From: Eledone cirrhosa | Taxonomy: Eukaryota | Reading direction: 5' to 3' | Length of the DNA stretch: 64,000 bases | NCBI GenBank assembly: GCA_964016885.1 | Contig: OZ024747.1 | Span: forward strand, 41,292,001-41,356,000 | Part shown: positions 1 to 13,600 of the stretch, in pieces | How the letters are laid out: each line of letters opens with the position of its first letter | Position numbering within the stretch: position 1 is the first letter of the stretch | Notes under the pieces: model-generated | What the model saw: the letters and a program-made list of their open reading frames with translations, nothing else | The model's database searches: none | What the model was told of the DNA's origin: nothing | Made by a program: the position numbers and the translations under genes

Positions 1-176
1 TTACAGATTGACTTTATTAGTTTCAGAAGATCCCGTTATGGGTGAAAGCAGCTATTCTTTGCTTAAACTTTAATCTGTTATTTTAATAAATATTTGCTCT
101 ACGGTTCTTATATATTTGATATATATTCATCCTTATCGAGCCCTCTTTGGATTTTAGTCTTCAAATTTATTAGTAT

Positions 177-180
<4 letters not shown>
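1..180 (+). mobile_element. Probable PLE 3'-end fragment with degenerate hammerhead core
   Basis: CAGAAGA(24-30, one change from CTGAAGA)-cccg tta tggg hairpin-GAAAG cag CTA, then AATAAA, ending in (TA)n at 181-240. Confidence 0.35.
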
Positions 181-240
<60 letters not shown>

Positions 241-244
<4 letters not shown>

Positions 245-740
245 ATAATTTGGGAGGGTCATGTTGCCAATGAGAAACACACGCACCAGTTGCTTTCACT
301 TCAATTTATTATATATTTATAAATTTATAAATTTATAAATTTCTGGTTGGTTGGTTCCACAACCAGATAGTTGTTTATATATAGTCATAGATCTTTCGTC
401 ACACACTCTGTGACCTCTTCAGTGACTGGGGATTCCTTTCTTTGTTTCTGTGCCTCTCCTTTGTTCTGTCCTACGCCATTTTGTTTCTGTGTGTGTGGTG
501 TGTGCTCAGTCTGCGCATGCGCCACATCCGGGTGTCTGTGTGTGTTTATGTTCATTTATTTATTTGTTTATTTATATGTTACTGGTTGGTTGTTTGTTCT
601 ATGTGTGTGTGTGTTTTCATTTTGTCCTTAATTGTAAGTTGTGATGTTGCTGTTCCACTCATAATTTCTATTTAATTTTGGTTGTAATTCTTTTATGTTT
701 TCAACACACGATTTCAGATAAAGAATCTTGCTAAACAAAT
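241..740 (-). mobile_element. Penelope-like element 3' end (pseudo-LTR) joined to (TA)n
   Basis: Minus-strand terminus ...TGACCCTCCCAAATTATAACA abuts (TA)n. The same terminus recurs at 771-808 and, diverged, at 43085. Contains a hammerhead at 383-427. Confidence 0.6.
383..427 (-). ncRNA. Minimal type I hammerhead ribozyme
   Basis: Minus strand: agtca-CTGAAGA-g gtcaca gagtg tgtgac-GAAAG at CTA^-tgact. 5-bp stem I, 6-bp stem II, palindromic AGATCT stem III of the dimer-forming minimal type. Confidence 0.75.
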
Positions 741-855
741 TCAGAAACGAAATATATATATATATATATATTGTTATGCTTTGGGAGGGTCATGTTGCCA
801 ATAAGAAATTCAGAAACGAAATATATATATATATATATATAATATATATTATATA

Positions 856-893
<38 letters not shown>

Positions 894-917
894 TAATATA
901 TATATATATAATATATA

Positions 918-2645
918 TCATCATCATCATCATTCGTCGACTACTGTCGAGATGATGGATCTCACTCTCATGCCCCAGAATTCCCTGTCCCCCATCGCTG
1001 CCCCCAGGTCCCGTCTACTGATTCCCGTATCCCTAGAGATAACGTCAGGGAATGACAGCTTCCTACTCCTAGTCAGGCTGGAGTCAGGGTTCCAGAACAA
1101 GAGAGAGGATATGATTTCATTGCTGGCACGGTGACAGTGGCCAGCAAATTGAGCTCTCCGGGATTTTAGAAGGGCAGAGGCTCGAGGGAGTTTGCCATAG
1201 ATTTTAGACAAGGTGGGATGTCGTTTCCAGGATAGGTTTTGCACTCTCCTTAAGAGGCGGGTATATGTGCCATCCAATCTCCTCTCAAGTTGTGATGTTA
1301 GTGTCCAAGTTTCGGATCCATAAAATAATATGGGCTTAATGGTTGCTTGGAATATTTCCAGTTTTAGCTTGTTAGTAAGTTGAGATGTCCATATGGCGTG
1401 CATGTCATTGCACGCTGACCATGCCATACCCTTCCTGGTTAGAAAATCTTTTTTGGAGGAGGAGATATATGAGCCAAGATACTTGTAATCTTCCACCTGC
1501 TTAAGGGTGGTACTATTAAGGGTTCTGATGGGGTAGTTTGGGCTGTTTGCGCATCTGTTCACATACTCAGTCTTGGATTCGTTGAGGTACAGTCCAACAC
1601 AGTTGGACGCTTGCTCTAATGACTTCAAAAGACTCTTAGCATTTTCCAGTGACCGACTGATCAATGCGATGTCGTCAGCACAGCAAAGTCGGTGTCGGTC
1701 AAGTATTTTGCTGGGTAGCGTGAGCTTCTCCAAGGCTGTAGTTGGTATCCCCTATCCTGAATCCCATCCACAGACATGCGCAAAACATAATCCACAACAA
1801 TAATAAATAGATACGGAGCAAGGGTATCGCCCTGTAAAATTCCAGCGAGGATTCAGAAAGGTGGTGTTTCCCCATCTGGGGTCAGGACAGTTGATTTGGT
1901 ATCTGTATACATTACACGTATGGCCGCGATGATTTTATCAGGAATCCCATAGAGTTGTAGAATTTCAAACATTCCCGACCTGTCAACTGAGTCGAAGGCT
2001 TTTGAAAAATCAACAAAGATGAGTGCAAGGTCTAGATTGCGGTTTTGGAACTCCTCTATAAGTCGGCGAAGGCAGAGAATCTGGCTAAGTGTTGATCTAC
2101 CTCTCCTAAATCCATTCTGGTTGTTACGAAGGATTGGCTCAAGAAATCAGATTAAGCGGTTAAGAAGAAGCTTGTTGTATATTTTTGCAGCAATTGCCAT
2201 GAGAGAAATTCCTCTATAGTTGGTGGCTAAAGAAAGATCTCCTTTTTTGGGCATGGGGATTATTTGAGCTGCATGCCAGGCGCTAGGTGGTTTATTGGTC
2301 TCGAAAGTATGGTTACATAAGTTGAGCAAAAGGATGTGGAAATGCTCATCCTTCCAAATCAGGGTAGGTATATTATCCGGCCCAAAGGCTTTTGAGGCTT
2401 TGAGCTGTTTGATGGCTTCTTTGAGCTCAGGCATGGTGAAAGGAGAGGTGTTGATTCCTAAAGGCTCTGAAACCTGAACGGATGGCAGTTGATAGTTATC
2501 AGGGAGTCTGGCCTTTTTCCCTAGAAGGTTTTTAAAATGAGCAGACCAATTTGCAAGACGTTTTTTGGCAGAGCCTCCTTTGATTCTAACTGCAGAGTTT
2601 GAGTTTTTGCCTGAAAGATCTTTGACAACCTTCCAAGCAAGATGA
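918..2645 (-). mobile_element. 5'-truncated, disrupted RTE-class LINE (reverse transcriptase region)
   Basis: Minus-strand motifs KAFGPDNIP, PKKGDLSLATNYRGISL, FVDFSKAFDSVDR, GILQGDTLAPYLFII, ADDIAL, YKYLGS, YGSETW. Stops and frameshifts split the ORF. (GAT)n tail at 918-933 inserted in (TA)n. Confidence 0.9.
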
Positions 2646-2656
2646 TATATATATAT

Positions 2657-2790
2657 AATTGTTTCTACGTTAGGCACAAGGCCAGCAATTACCCAGTGTA
2701 TTACTGGTACTTTATTTTATCGACCCCGTAAGGATGAAAGGCAAAGTTAACCTCGGCGGGATTTGAACTCAAAATGGCAAAGGCCGTAAT
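2657..2790 (-). mobile_element. tRNA-derived SINE, 5'-truncated
   Basis: B-box GTTCAAATCC, core GCCTTTCATCCTTACGGGGTCGATAAAATAAAGTACCAG and tail GGCCTTGTGCC..GTAGAAACAATT match the full copy at 36871. Confidence 0.85.
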
Positions 2791-3012
2791 AATATATATA
2801 ATATATATGTATATAATATATATATATAATATATATGTATATAATATATATAATATATATGTATATAATATATATATAATATAGATATATAATATATATA
2901 TAAATAATATATATATATAATATATATATATAATATATATATATAATATATATATATAATATATATATAAAATATATATATATAATATAAAATATATATA
3001 TATATATAATAT

Positions 3013-3057
<45 letters not shown>

Positions 3058-3095
3058 AAATATATATATGTATATATAATATATATATATATATA
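2790..3095. repeat. Imperfect (TA)n microsatellite
   Basis: Direct inspection. Confidence 0.95.
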
Positions 3096-3384
3096 AATGG
3101 AATAGAATGAAACGAAATTTCATTTCTCACTCTTAGTACGGCAGTTACTTAAATGTAAGTATGTATGTATGTATACGTACATACATATATGTATACAGAC
3201 GTGTTGTTGGTGTTGTGGTCAGCTTATGTCTTGCTACTGCTGACAATTTAGAAGTATCTGTGTGTGTGTTTCTTCATCCCTCCTGCCACCATCTCCCGTG
3301 GTGGTGGTGGTGGGGGGGGGGGGGGGGGGGTTCTGCCATGCAACCTAAAAAGTCTCCAACATATCACGACGCCCCCGACCCACA

Positions 3385-4640
3385 CATATAGGAGGAGACA
3401 CAGAAAAATCACGTGGTACAACCCACCCTACTCAGCAGCCCTAAAGAACAGCTTGGCCCGATCATTCTTTGGACCACTTGATAAATGCTTCCCGGGGGAC
3501 CATAGATACCACAAGATCTTCAACAGACACACTGTGTAGCTCTCGTATTCCACCACGAGAAATCTGGCCCAACACATAGATAGCATCAACAGGAGTAGGC
3601 TTAAAAACCACACACAACCAGAAGAGGGCAATACAAGCACTCAGCAGAACCATGTGAAAGGAGGGAAGGGGGGACCCAAGCCCACCCAAGAAACCCAAAC
3701 AGACCCGGGGACACCCCACCGTGCCTGGGGGAAGACCACCATATAACACCTAACGGGAACCCCAATCTAGGCACGCAGAGGTCGACCACCCTCCGCAACT
3801 GCAGAAACCCCGAATCATGCCCCCTTGGTATTGAATGCCTTAAGAAGAACCTAGTATACGGTTGTAGGGTTAAAACCCCCAACTCCGAACACCTCTACAT
3901 AGGAACCACATCAAGAAGCTTTAAAGACCGCTGGTATAACCATCGCCATTCCTTCAATAAGGAGGCCAAAAGGAAAAGTACGGCTCTCTCCGACCTGATC
4001 TGGAAGCTTAAGCTGCACAGGACCCGTACTCTCTGGCCTGGTCCATAATCAGGAAAGTACCACCCCATAAAGGGGGATCTTGCATATGCAAACTATGCCT
4101 GAACGAGACCCTCGAGATACTAAGAGGTGGAAGCCGCCTGATAAACCTCAGAACCGACTTCTTCGGGACATGCAGACACCTCTGGGCCGGGACCTTCTTC
4201 AAGATATATGGACAGTAGCAACACAATAAGATGTGAACTCCCCTCAAGCTATAGGGTCTTCTCCAGAACATGTAGACACCTCTCGGCCAGACCTCCCTCT
4301 AGCTATATGGGCAGTAACAACACCATAGGTTGGGAACTGCCCTCACGCTATAGGAACCAACCCAGGCTGAGCAAACACCATGATAGCCTAGAGATTGATT
4401 CTGACGCAGCCTTTATAATTTGGCCAACATCTTTATAAAACACACACGTTAATTTACTTGATTTTTGATTTTTCAATTTTTATTTCTCATTATTCATTTG
4501 TTATTTGTTTTGTTTTCTTCACTTTATCACCTTATATTTATATTTAAGTTGAGATTGGTTATAACACACACACATTTTATTTGATTATCCTCTTTCGTTT
4601 TATTCTTTTACCATCTTGTGCCGCCTACCAATCTATCCAA
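3385..4640 (+). mobile_element. Decayed Penelope-like retroelement, 3' part with GIY-YIG endonuclease
   Basis: Translates to RKITWYNPPYS..LDKCFP..HKIFNRHTV*LSYS, then NCRNPESCPL..LVYGCRV..LYIGTTSRSFKDRWYNHRHSF..STALSDLIWKLK, then CKLCLNE..CRH. Stops and frameshifts present; T-rich 3' UTR follows. Confidence 0.85.
4160..4355 (+). repeat. Diverged ~98-bp tandem duplication at the PLE ORF end
   Basis: cttcttcgggacatgcagacacctct...ccctcaagctatagg is followed by tcttctccagaacatgtagacacctct...ccctcacgctatagg. Confidence 0.7.
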
Positions 4641-4642
4641 CG

Positions 4643-7600
4643 TAGTAGTGTGTTACAGTAATATATAGTAGTGTCACAGTAATATATAGTAGTGTAACAG
4701 TGATATATAGTAGTGTCACAGTAATATATAGTGTGACAGTAATATATAGTAGTGTGACAGTAATATATAGTAGTGTTACAGTATAATATAGTAGTGTGAC
4801 AGTAATATATAGTAGTGTGACAGCAATATATAGTAGTGTGAAAGTAATATATAGTAGTGTGTTACAGTAATATATAGTAGTGTGACAGTAATATATAGTA
4901 GTGTGTTACAGTTATATATAGTAATGTGTTACAGTAATATATAGTAGGGTGAAAGTAATATAAAGTAGTGTTACAGTGATATATAGTAGTGTGACAGTAA
5001 TATATAGTAGTGTGACATAAATATATAGTAGTGTGACAGTGACATATAGTAGTGTGACAGTAATATATAGTAGTGTGTTACAGTAATATATAGTAGTGTT
5101 TTACAGTAATATATAGTAGACTGACAGTGATACATAGTAGTATGACAGTAAAATATAGTAGTGTTACAGAGATATTTAGTAGTGTGACAGTGATATATAA
5201 TAGTGTGACAGTAATATATAGTAGTTTAACAGTAAAATATAGTAGTGTTACAGAGATATATAGTAGTGTGACAGTAATATATAGTAGTGTGTGACAGTGA
5301 TATATAGAAGAGACAGTAATATATAGTAGTGTGACAATTATATATAGTAGTGTGACAGTAATATATAGTAGTGTGACAGTAATATATAGTAGGGTGACAG
5401 TAATATATAGGAGTGTGACAGTAATATATAGTAGTGAGACAGTAATATATAGTAGTGTGACAGTTATATATAGTAGTATGACAGTAATATATAGTAGTGT
5501 GACAGTAATATATAGTAGTGTGACAGTAATATATAGTAGTGTGATAGTGATATATAGAAGTGTGACAGTGATATATAGTAGTGTAACAGTAATATGTATT
5601 AGTGTGACAGTAATATATAGTACTGTGACAGTAATATATAGTAGTGTGACAGTGATATATAGTCGTGTGACAGTAACATATAGTAGTTTGTTACAGTAAT
5701 ATAATAGTGTGACAGTGATATATAGTAGTGTGACAGTGATATATCGTAGTGTGTTACAGTAATATATAGTAGTGAGTTACAGTAATATATAGAAGTCTTA
5801 CAGTGATATATAGTAGTGTTACAGTGACATATAGTGGTGTGACAGTAATATATAGTAGTGTTTTACAGTAATATATAGTAGTGTTTCAGTGATATATAGT
5901 AGTGTGTTACAGTAATATATAGTAGTGAGTTACAGTAATATATAGAAGTCTTACAGTGATATATAGTAGTGTTACAGTGACATATAGTGGTGTGACAGTA
6001 ATATATAGTAGTGTTTTACAGTAATATATAGTAGTGTTACAGTGATATATAGTAGTGTGACAGTAATATATAGTAGTGTAACAGTGATATATAGTAGTGT
6101 GTTACATAATATATAGTAGTGTGACAGTAATATATAGTAGTGTGACATTAATATATAGTAGTGTGACAGTAATATATAGTAGTGTGACAGTAATATATAG
6201 TAGTGTGTTACACTAACATATAATAGTCTGTGACATTGATATATAGTAGTTTTACAGTAATATATGGTAGTGTGTTAAAGTAATATATTGTAGTGTGGCA
6301 ATAATATATAGTAGTGTGATAGTAATATATACTAGTGTGACAGTAATATATAGTAGTGTGACGGTGATATATAGAACTGTGACAGTAATATATAGTAGTG
6401 TGACAGTTATATATAGTAGTCTGACAGTGATATATAGTAGTGTGACAGTAATATATAGTAGTGGGTTACAGTAATATATAGTAGTGTGTGACAGTAATAT
6501 ATATTAGTATTAAATTGATATATAGTAGTGTGACAGTAATATCACTACTATATATCACTGTCACACTACTATATATTACTGTCACACTAATATATATCAC
6601 TGTCACACTACTATATATCACAGTCACACTACTATATATTACTGTCACACTATTATATATTACTGACACACTACAATATATTAGTGTACTAATATATAGT
6701 AGTGTGACAGTAATATATAGTAGTGTTACAGTAATATATAGTAGCGTGAGAGTTATATATAGTAGAGTTTCAGTGATATATAGTAGTGTGACAGTAATAT
6801 ATAGTAGTGTGACAGTTATATATGGTAGTGTGACAGTAATATGTAGTAGTGTGACAGTGATATATAGTAGTGTGACAGTAATATATAGTAGTGTGTTACA
6901 GAAATATATAGTAGTGTGACAGTAGTATATAGTAGTGTGTTACAGTAGTATATAGTAGTGTGTTACAGTAATATATAGTAGTGTTACAGTAATATATACT
7001 AGTGTTACAGAGATATATAGTGGTGTGACAGTAATATATAGTAGTGTGTTAGAGTAATATATAGTAGTGTGTCAGTAAGATATAGTCGTGTGTGACAGTG
7101 ATATATAGTAGTGACAGTAATATATAGTAGTTTGACAGTAATATATAGTAGTGTGTTACAGTAATATATAGTAGTGTGACAGTGACATATATTAGTGTGA
7201 GAGTAATGTATAGTTGTGTTACAGTAATATATAGTAGTGTTACAGTGATATATAGTAGTTTTACAGTAATATATAGTAGTGTGTTACAGTAATATATAGT
7301 AGTGTTACAATGATATATAGTAGTGTGACAGTAATATATAGTAGTGTGAAAGTAATATTTATTAGTTTGACATTAATATATAGTAGTGTGTGACAGTAAT
7401 ATATAGTAGTGTGACAGTAATATATAGTAGTGTGGCAGTAATATATAATAGTGTGACAGTAATATATAGTAGTGTGACAGTAATATATAGTAGTCTGATA
7501 GTAATATATAGTAGTGTGACAGTGATATATAGGAGTGTGTTACAGTAATATATAGTAGTGTGACAGTAATATATAGTAGTGTTACAGTATAATATAGTAG

Positions 7601-10600
7601 TGTGAATGTAATATATAGTAGTGTGTTACAGTAATATATAGTAGTTTGACAGTAATATATAGTAGTGTGTTACAGTTATATATAGTAATGTGTTACAGTA
7701 ATATATAGTAGGGTGAAAGTAATATAAAGTAGTGTGACAGTGATATATAGTAGTGTGACAGTAATATATAGTAGTGTGACATAAATATATAGTAGTGTGA
7801 CAGTGACATATAGTAGTGTGACAGTAATACATAGTAGTGTGTTACAGTAATATATAGTAGTGCTTTACAGTAATATATAGTAGACTGACAGTGATACGTA
7901 GTAGTATGACAGTAAAATATAGTAGTGTTACAGAGATATTTAGTAGTGTGACAGTAATATATAGTAGTGTGTGACAGTGATATATAGAAGAGACAGTAAT
8001 ATATAGTAGTGTGACAGTAATATATAATAGTGTGTCAGTAACATATAGTAGTGTGACAGTGATATATAGTAGTATGACAGTAATATATAGTAGTGTGACA
8101 GTAATATATAGTAGTGTGTTACAGTTATATATAGTAATGTGTTACAGTAATATATAGTAGGGTGAAAGTAATATAAAGTAGTGTTACAGTGATATATAGT
8201 AGTGTGACAGTAATATATAGTAGTGTGACATAAATATATAGTAGTGTGACAGTGACGTATAGTAGTGTGACAGTAATATATAGTAGTGTGTTACAGTAAT
8301 ATATAGTAGTGTTTTACAGTAATATATAGTAGACTGACAGTGATACATAGTAGTATGACAGTAAAATATAGTAGTGTTACAGAGATATTTAGTAGTGTGA
8401 CAGTGATATATAATAGTGTGACAGTAATATATAGTAGTTTAACAGTAAAATATAGTAGTGTTACAGAGATATATAGTAGTGTGACAGTAATATATAGTGG
8501 TGTGTGACAGTGATATATAGAAGAGACAGTAATATATAGTAGTGTGACAGTGATATATAGTAGTGTGACAGTAATATATAGTAGTGTGACAGTAATATAT
8601 AGTAGGGTGACAGTAATATATAGGAGTGTGACAGTAATATATAGTAGTGAGACAGTAATATATAGTAGTGTGACAGTTATATATAGTAGTATGACAGTAA
8701 TATATAGTAGTGTGACAGTAATATATAGTAGTGTGACAGAAATATATAGTAGTGTGATAGTGATATATAGAAGTGTGACAGTGATATATAGTAGTGTAAC
8801 GGTAATATGTATTAGTGTGACAGTAATATATAGTACTGTGACAGTAATATATAGTAGAGTGACAGTGATATATAGTCGTGTGACAGTAACATATAGTAGT
8901 TTGTTACAGTAATATAATAGTGTGACAGTGATATATAGTAGTGTGACAGTGATATATCGTAGTGTGTTACAGTAATATATAGTAGTGAGTTACAGTAATA
9001 TATAGAAGTCTTACAGTGATATATAGTAGTGTTACAGTGACATATAGTGGTGTGACAGTAATATATAGTAGTGTTTTACAGTAATATATAGTAGTGTTTC
9101 AGTGATATATAGTAGTGTGTTACAGTAATATATAGTAGTGAGTTACAGTAATATATAGAAGTCTTACAGTGATATATAGTAGTGTTACAGTGACATATAG
9201 TGGTGTGACAGTAATATATAGTAGTGTTTTACAGTAATATATAGTAGTGTTACAGTGATATATAGTAGTGTGACAGTAATATATAGTAGTGTAACAGTGA
9301 TATATAGTAGTGTGTTACATAATATATAGTAGTGTGACAGTAATATATAGTAGTGTGACATTAATATATAGTAGTGTGACAGTAATATATAGTAGTGTGA
9401 CAGTAATATATAGTAGTGTGTTACACTAACATATAATAGTCTGTGACATTGATATATAGTAGTTTTACAGTAATATATGGTAGTGTGTTAAAGTAATATA
9501 TTGTAGTGTGGCAATAATATATAGTAGTGTGATAGTAATATATACTAGTGTGACAGTAATATATAGTAGTGTGACGGTGATATATAGAACTGTGACAGTA
9601 ATATATAGTAGTGTGACAGTTATATATAGTAGTCTGACAGTGATATATAGTAGTGTGACAGTAATATATAGTAGTGGGTTACAGTAATATATAGTAGTGT
9701 GTGACAGTAATATATATTAGTATTAAATTGATATATAGTAGTGTGACAGTAATATCACTACTATATATCACTGTCACACTACTATATATTACTGTCACAC
9801 TAATATATATCACTGTCACACTACTATATATCACAGTCACACTACTATATATTACTGTCACACTATTATATATTACTGACACACTACAATATATTAGTGT
9901 ACTAATATATAGTAGTGTGACAGTAATATATAGTAGTGTTACAGTAATATATAGTAGCGTGAGAGTTATATATAGTAGAGTTTCAGTGATATATAGTAGT
10001 GTGACAGTAATATATAGTAGTGTGACAGTTATATATGGTAGTGTGACAGTAATATGTAGTAGTGTGACAGTGATATATAGTAGTGTGACAGTAATATATA
10101 GTAGTGTGTTACAGAAATATATAGTAGTGTGACAGTAGTATATAGTAGTGTGTTACAGTAGTATATAGTAGTGTGTTACAGTAATATATAGTAGTGTTAC
10201 AGTAATATATAGTAGTGTTACAGAGATATATAGTGGTGTGACAGTAATATATAGTAGTGTGTTAGAGTAATATATAGTAGTGTGTCAGTAAGATATAGTA
10301 GTGTGTGACAGTGATATATAGTAGTGACAGTAATATATAGTAGTTTGACAGTAATATATAGTAGTGTGTTACAGTAATATATAGTAGTGTGACAGTGACA
10401 TATATTAGTGTGAGAGTAATGTATAGTTGTGTTACAGTAATATATAGTAGTGTTACAGTGATATATAGTAGTTTTACAGTAATATATAGTAGTGTGTTAC
10501 AGTAATATATAGTAGTGTTACAATGATATATAGTAGTGTGACAGTAATATATAGTAGTGTGAAAGTAATATATATTAGTTTGACATTAATATATAGTAGT

Positions 10601-13600
10601 GTGTGACAGTAATATATAGTAGTGTGACAGTAATATATAGTAGTGTGGCAGTAATATATAATAGTGTGACAGTAATATATAGTAGTGTGACAGTAATATA
10701 TAGTAGTCTGATAGTAATATATAGTAGTGTGACAGTGATATATAGGAGTGTGTTACAGTAATATATAGTAGTGTGACAGTAATATATAGTAGTGTTACAG
10801 TATAATATAGTAGTGTGACAGAAATATATAGTAGTGTGACAGCAATATATAGTAGTGTGAATGTAATATATAGTAGTGTGTTACAGTAATATATAGTAGT
10901 TTGACAGTAATATATAGTAGTGTGTTACAGTTATATATAGTAATGTGTTACAGTAATATATAGTAGGGTGAAAGTAATATAAAGTAGTGTGACAGTGATA
11001 TATAGTAGTGTGACAGTAATATATAGTAGTGTGACATAAATATATAGTAGTGTGACAGTGACATATAGTAGTGTGACAGTAATATATAGTAGTGCGTTAG
11101 AGTAATATATAGTAGTGTGTCAGTAAGATATAGTAGTGTGTGACAGTGATATATAGTAGTGACAGTAATATATAGTAGTTTGACAGTAATATATAGTAGT
11201 GTGTTACAGTGATATATAGTAGTGTGTTACAGTAATATATAGTAGTGTGACAGTGACATATATTAGTGTGAGAGTAATGTATAGTTGTGTTACAGTAATA
11301 TATAGTAGTGTTACAGTGATATATAGTAGTTTTACAGTAATATATAGTAGTGTGTTACAGTAATATATAGTAGTGTTACAATGATATATAGTAGTGTGAC
11401 AGTAATATATAGTAGTGTGAAAGTAATATATATTAGTTTGACATTAATATAAAGTAGTGTGTGACAGTAATATATAGTAGTGTGACAGTAATATATAGTA
11501 GTGTGGCAGTAATATATAATAGTGTGACAGTAATATATATTAGTGTGACAATAAAATATAGTAGTCTGATAGTAATATATAGTAGTGTGACAGTGATATA
11601 TAGGAGTGTGTTACAGTAATATATAGTAGTGTGACAGTAATATATAGTAGTGTTACAGTATAATATAGTAGTGTGACAGTAATATATAGTAGTGTGACAG
11701 CAATATATAGTAGTGTGAATGTAATATATAGTAGTGTGTTACAGTAATATATAGTAGTTTGACAGTAATATATAGTACTGTGTTACAGTTATATATAGTA
11801 ATGTGTTACAGTAATATATAGTAGGGTGAAAGTAATATAAAGTAGTGTGACAGTGATATATAGTAGTGTGACAGTAATATATAGTACTGTGACATAAATA
11901 TATAGTAGTGTGACGGTGACATATAGTAGTGTGACAGTAATATATAGTAGTGTGTTACAGTAATATATAGTAGTGCTTTACAGTAATATATAGTAGACTG
12001 ACAGTGATACGTAGTAGTATGACAGTAAAATATAGTAGTGTTACAGAGATATTTAGTAGTGTGACAGTAATATATAGTAGTGTGTGACAGTGATATATAG
12101 AAGAGACAGTAATATATAGTAGTGTGACAGTAATATATAATAGTGTGTCAGTAACATATAGTAGTGTGACAGTGATATATAGTAGTATGACAGTAATATA
12201 TAGTAGTTTAACAGTAAGATATAGTAGTGTTACAGAGATATATAGTAGTGTGACAGTAATATATAGTAGTGTGTGACAGTGATATATAGAAGAGACAGTA
12301 ATATATAGTAGTGTGACAGTAATATATAGTAGGGTGACAGTAATATATAGGAGTGTGACAGTAATATATAGTAGTGAGACAGTAATATATAGTAGTGTGA
12401 CAGTTATATATAGTAGTATGACAGTAATATATAGTAGTGTGACAGTAATATATAGTAGTGTGACAGTAATATATAGTAGTGTGACAGTGATATATAGAAG
12501 TGTGACAGTGATATATAGTAGTGTAACAGTAATATATATTAGTGTGACAGTAATATATAGTACTGTGACAGTAATATATAGTAGTGTGACAGTGATATAT
12601 AGGAGTGTGACAGTAACATATAGTAGTTTGTTACAGTAATATAGTAGTGTGACAGTGATATATAGTAGTGTGACAGTGATATATCGTAGTGCTAGAGTAA
12701 TATATAGTAGTGTTACAGTGATATATAGTAGTGTGTTACAGTAATATATAGTAGTGAGTTACAGTAATATATAGTAGTGTTACAGTGATATATAGTAGTG
12801 TGACAGTAATATATAGTAGTGTAACAGTGATATATAGTAGTGTGTTACATAATATATAGTAGTGTGACAGTAATATATAGTAGTGTGACATTAATATATA
12901 GTAGTGTGACAGTAATATATAGTAGTGTGACAGTAATATATAGTAGTGTATTACACTAACATATAATAGTCTGTGACATTGATATATAACAGTTTTACAG
13001 TAATATATAGTAGTGTGTTAAAGTAATATATTGTAGTGTGGCAATAATATATAGTAGTGTGAGAGTAATATATACTAGTGTGACAGTAATATATAGTAGT
13101 GTGACAGTGATATATAGAACTGTGACAGTAATATATAGTAGTGTGACAGTTATATATAGTAGTCTGACAGTGATATATAGTAGTGTGACAGTAATATATA
13201 GTAGTGGGTTACAGTAATATATAGTAGTGTGTTACAGTAATATATATTAGTGTTAAATTGATATATAGTAGTGTGACAGTAATATCACTACTATATATCA
13301 CTGTCACACTACTATATATTACTGTCACACTAATATATATCACTGTCACACTACTATATATAACAGTCACACTACTATATATTACTGTCACACTATTATA
13401 TATTACTGTCACACTACAATATATTAGTGTGCTAATATATAGTAGTGTGACAGTAATATATAGTAGTGTTACAGTAAAATATAGTAGCGTGAGAGTTATA
13501 TATAGTAGAGTTTCAGTGATATATAGTAGTGTGACAGTAATATATAGTAGTGTGACAGTTATATATGGTAGTGTGACAGTAATATGTAGTAGTGTGACAG

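Noticed and set aside
930-1733. Functional reverse transcriptase gene
   Set aside because: Fragment of a truncated LINE with frameshifts and an altered catalytic motif context.
4395-4430. Hammerhead in the left PLE 3' UTR
   Set aside because: ctgacgca..ggccaacatc deviates at both core segments; too decayed to call.
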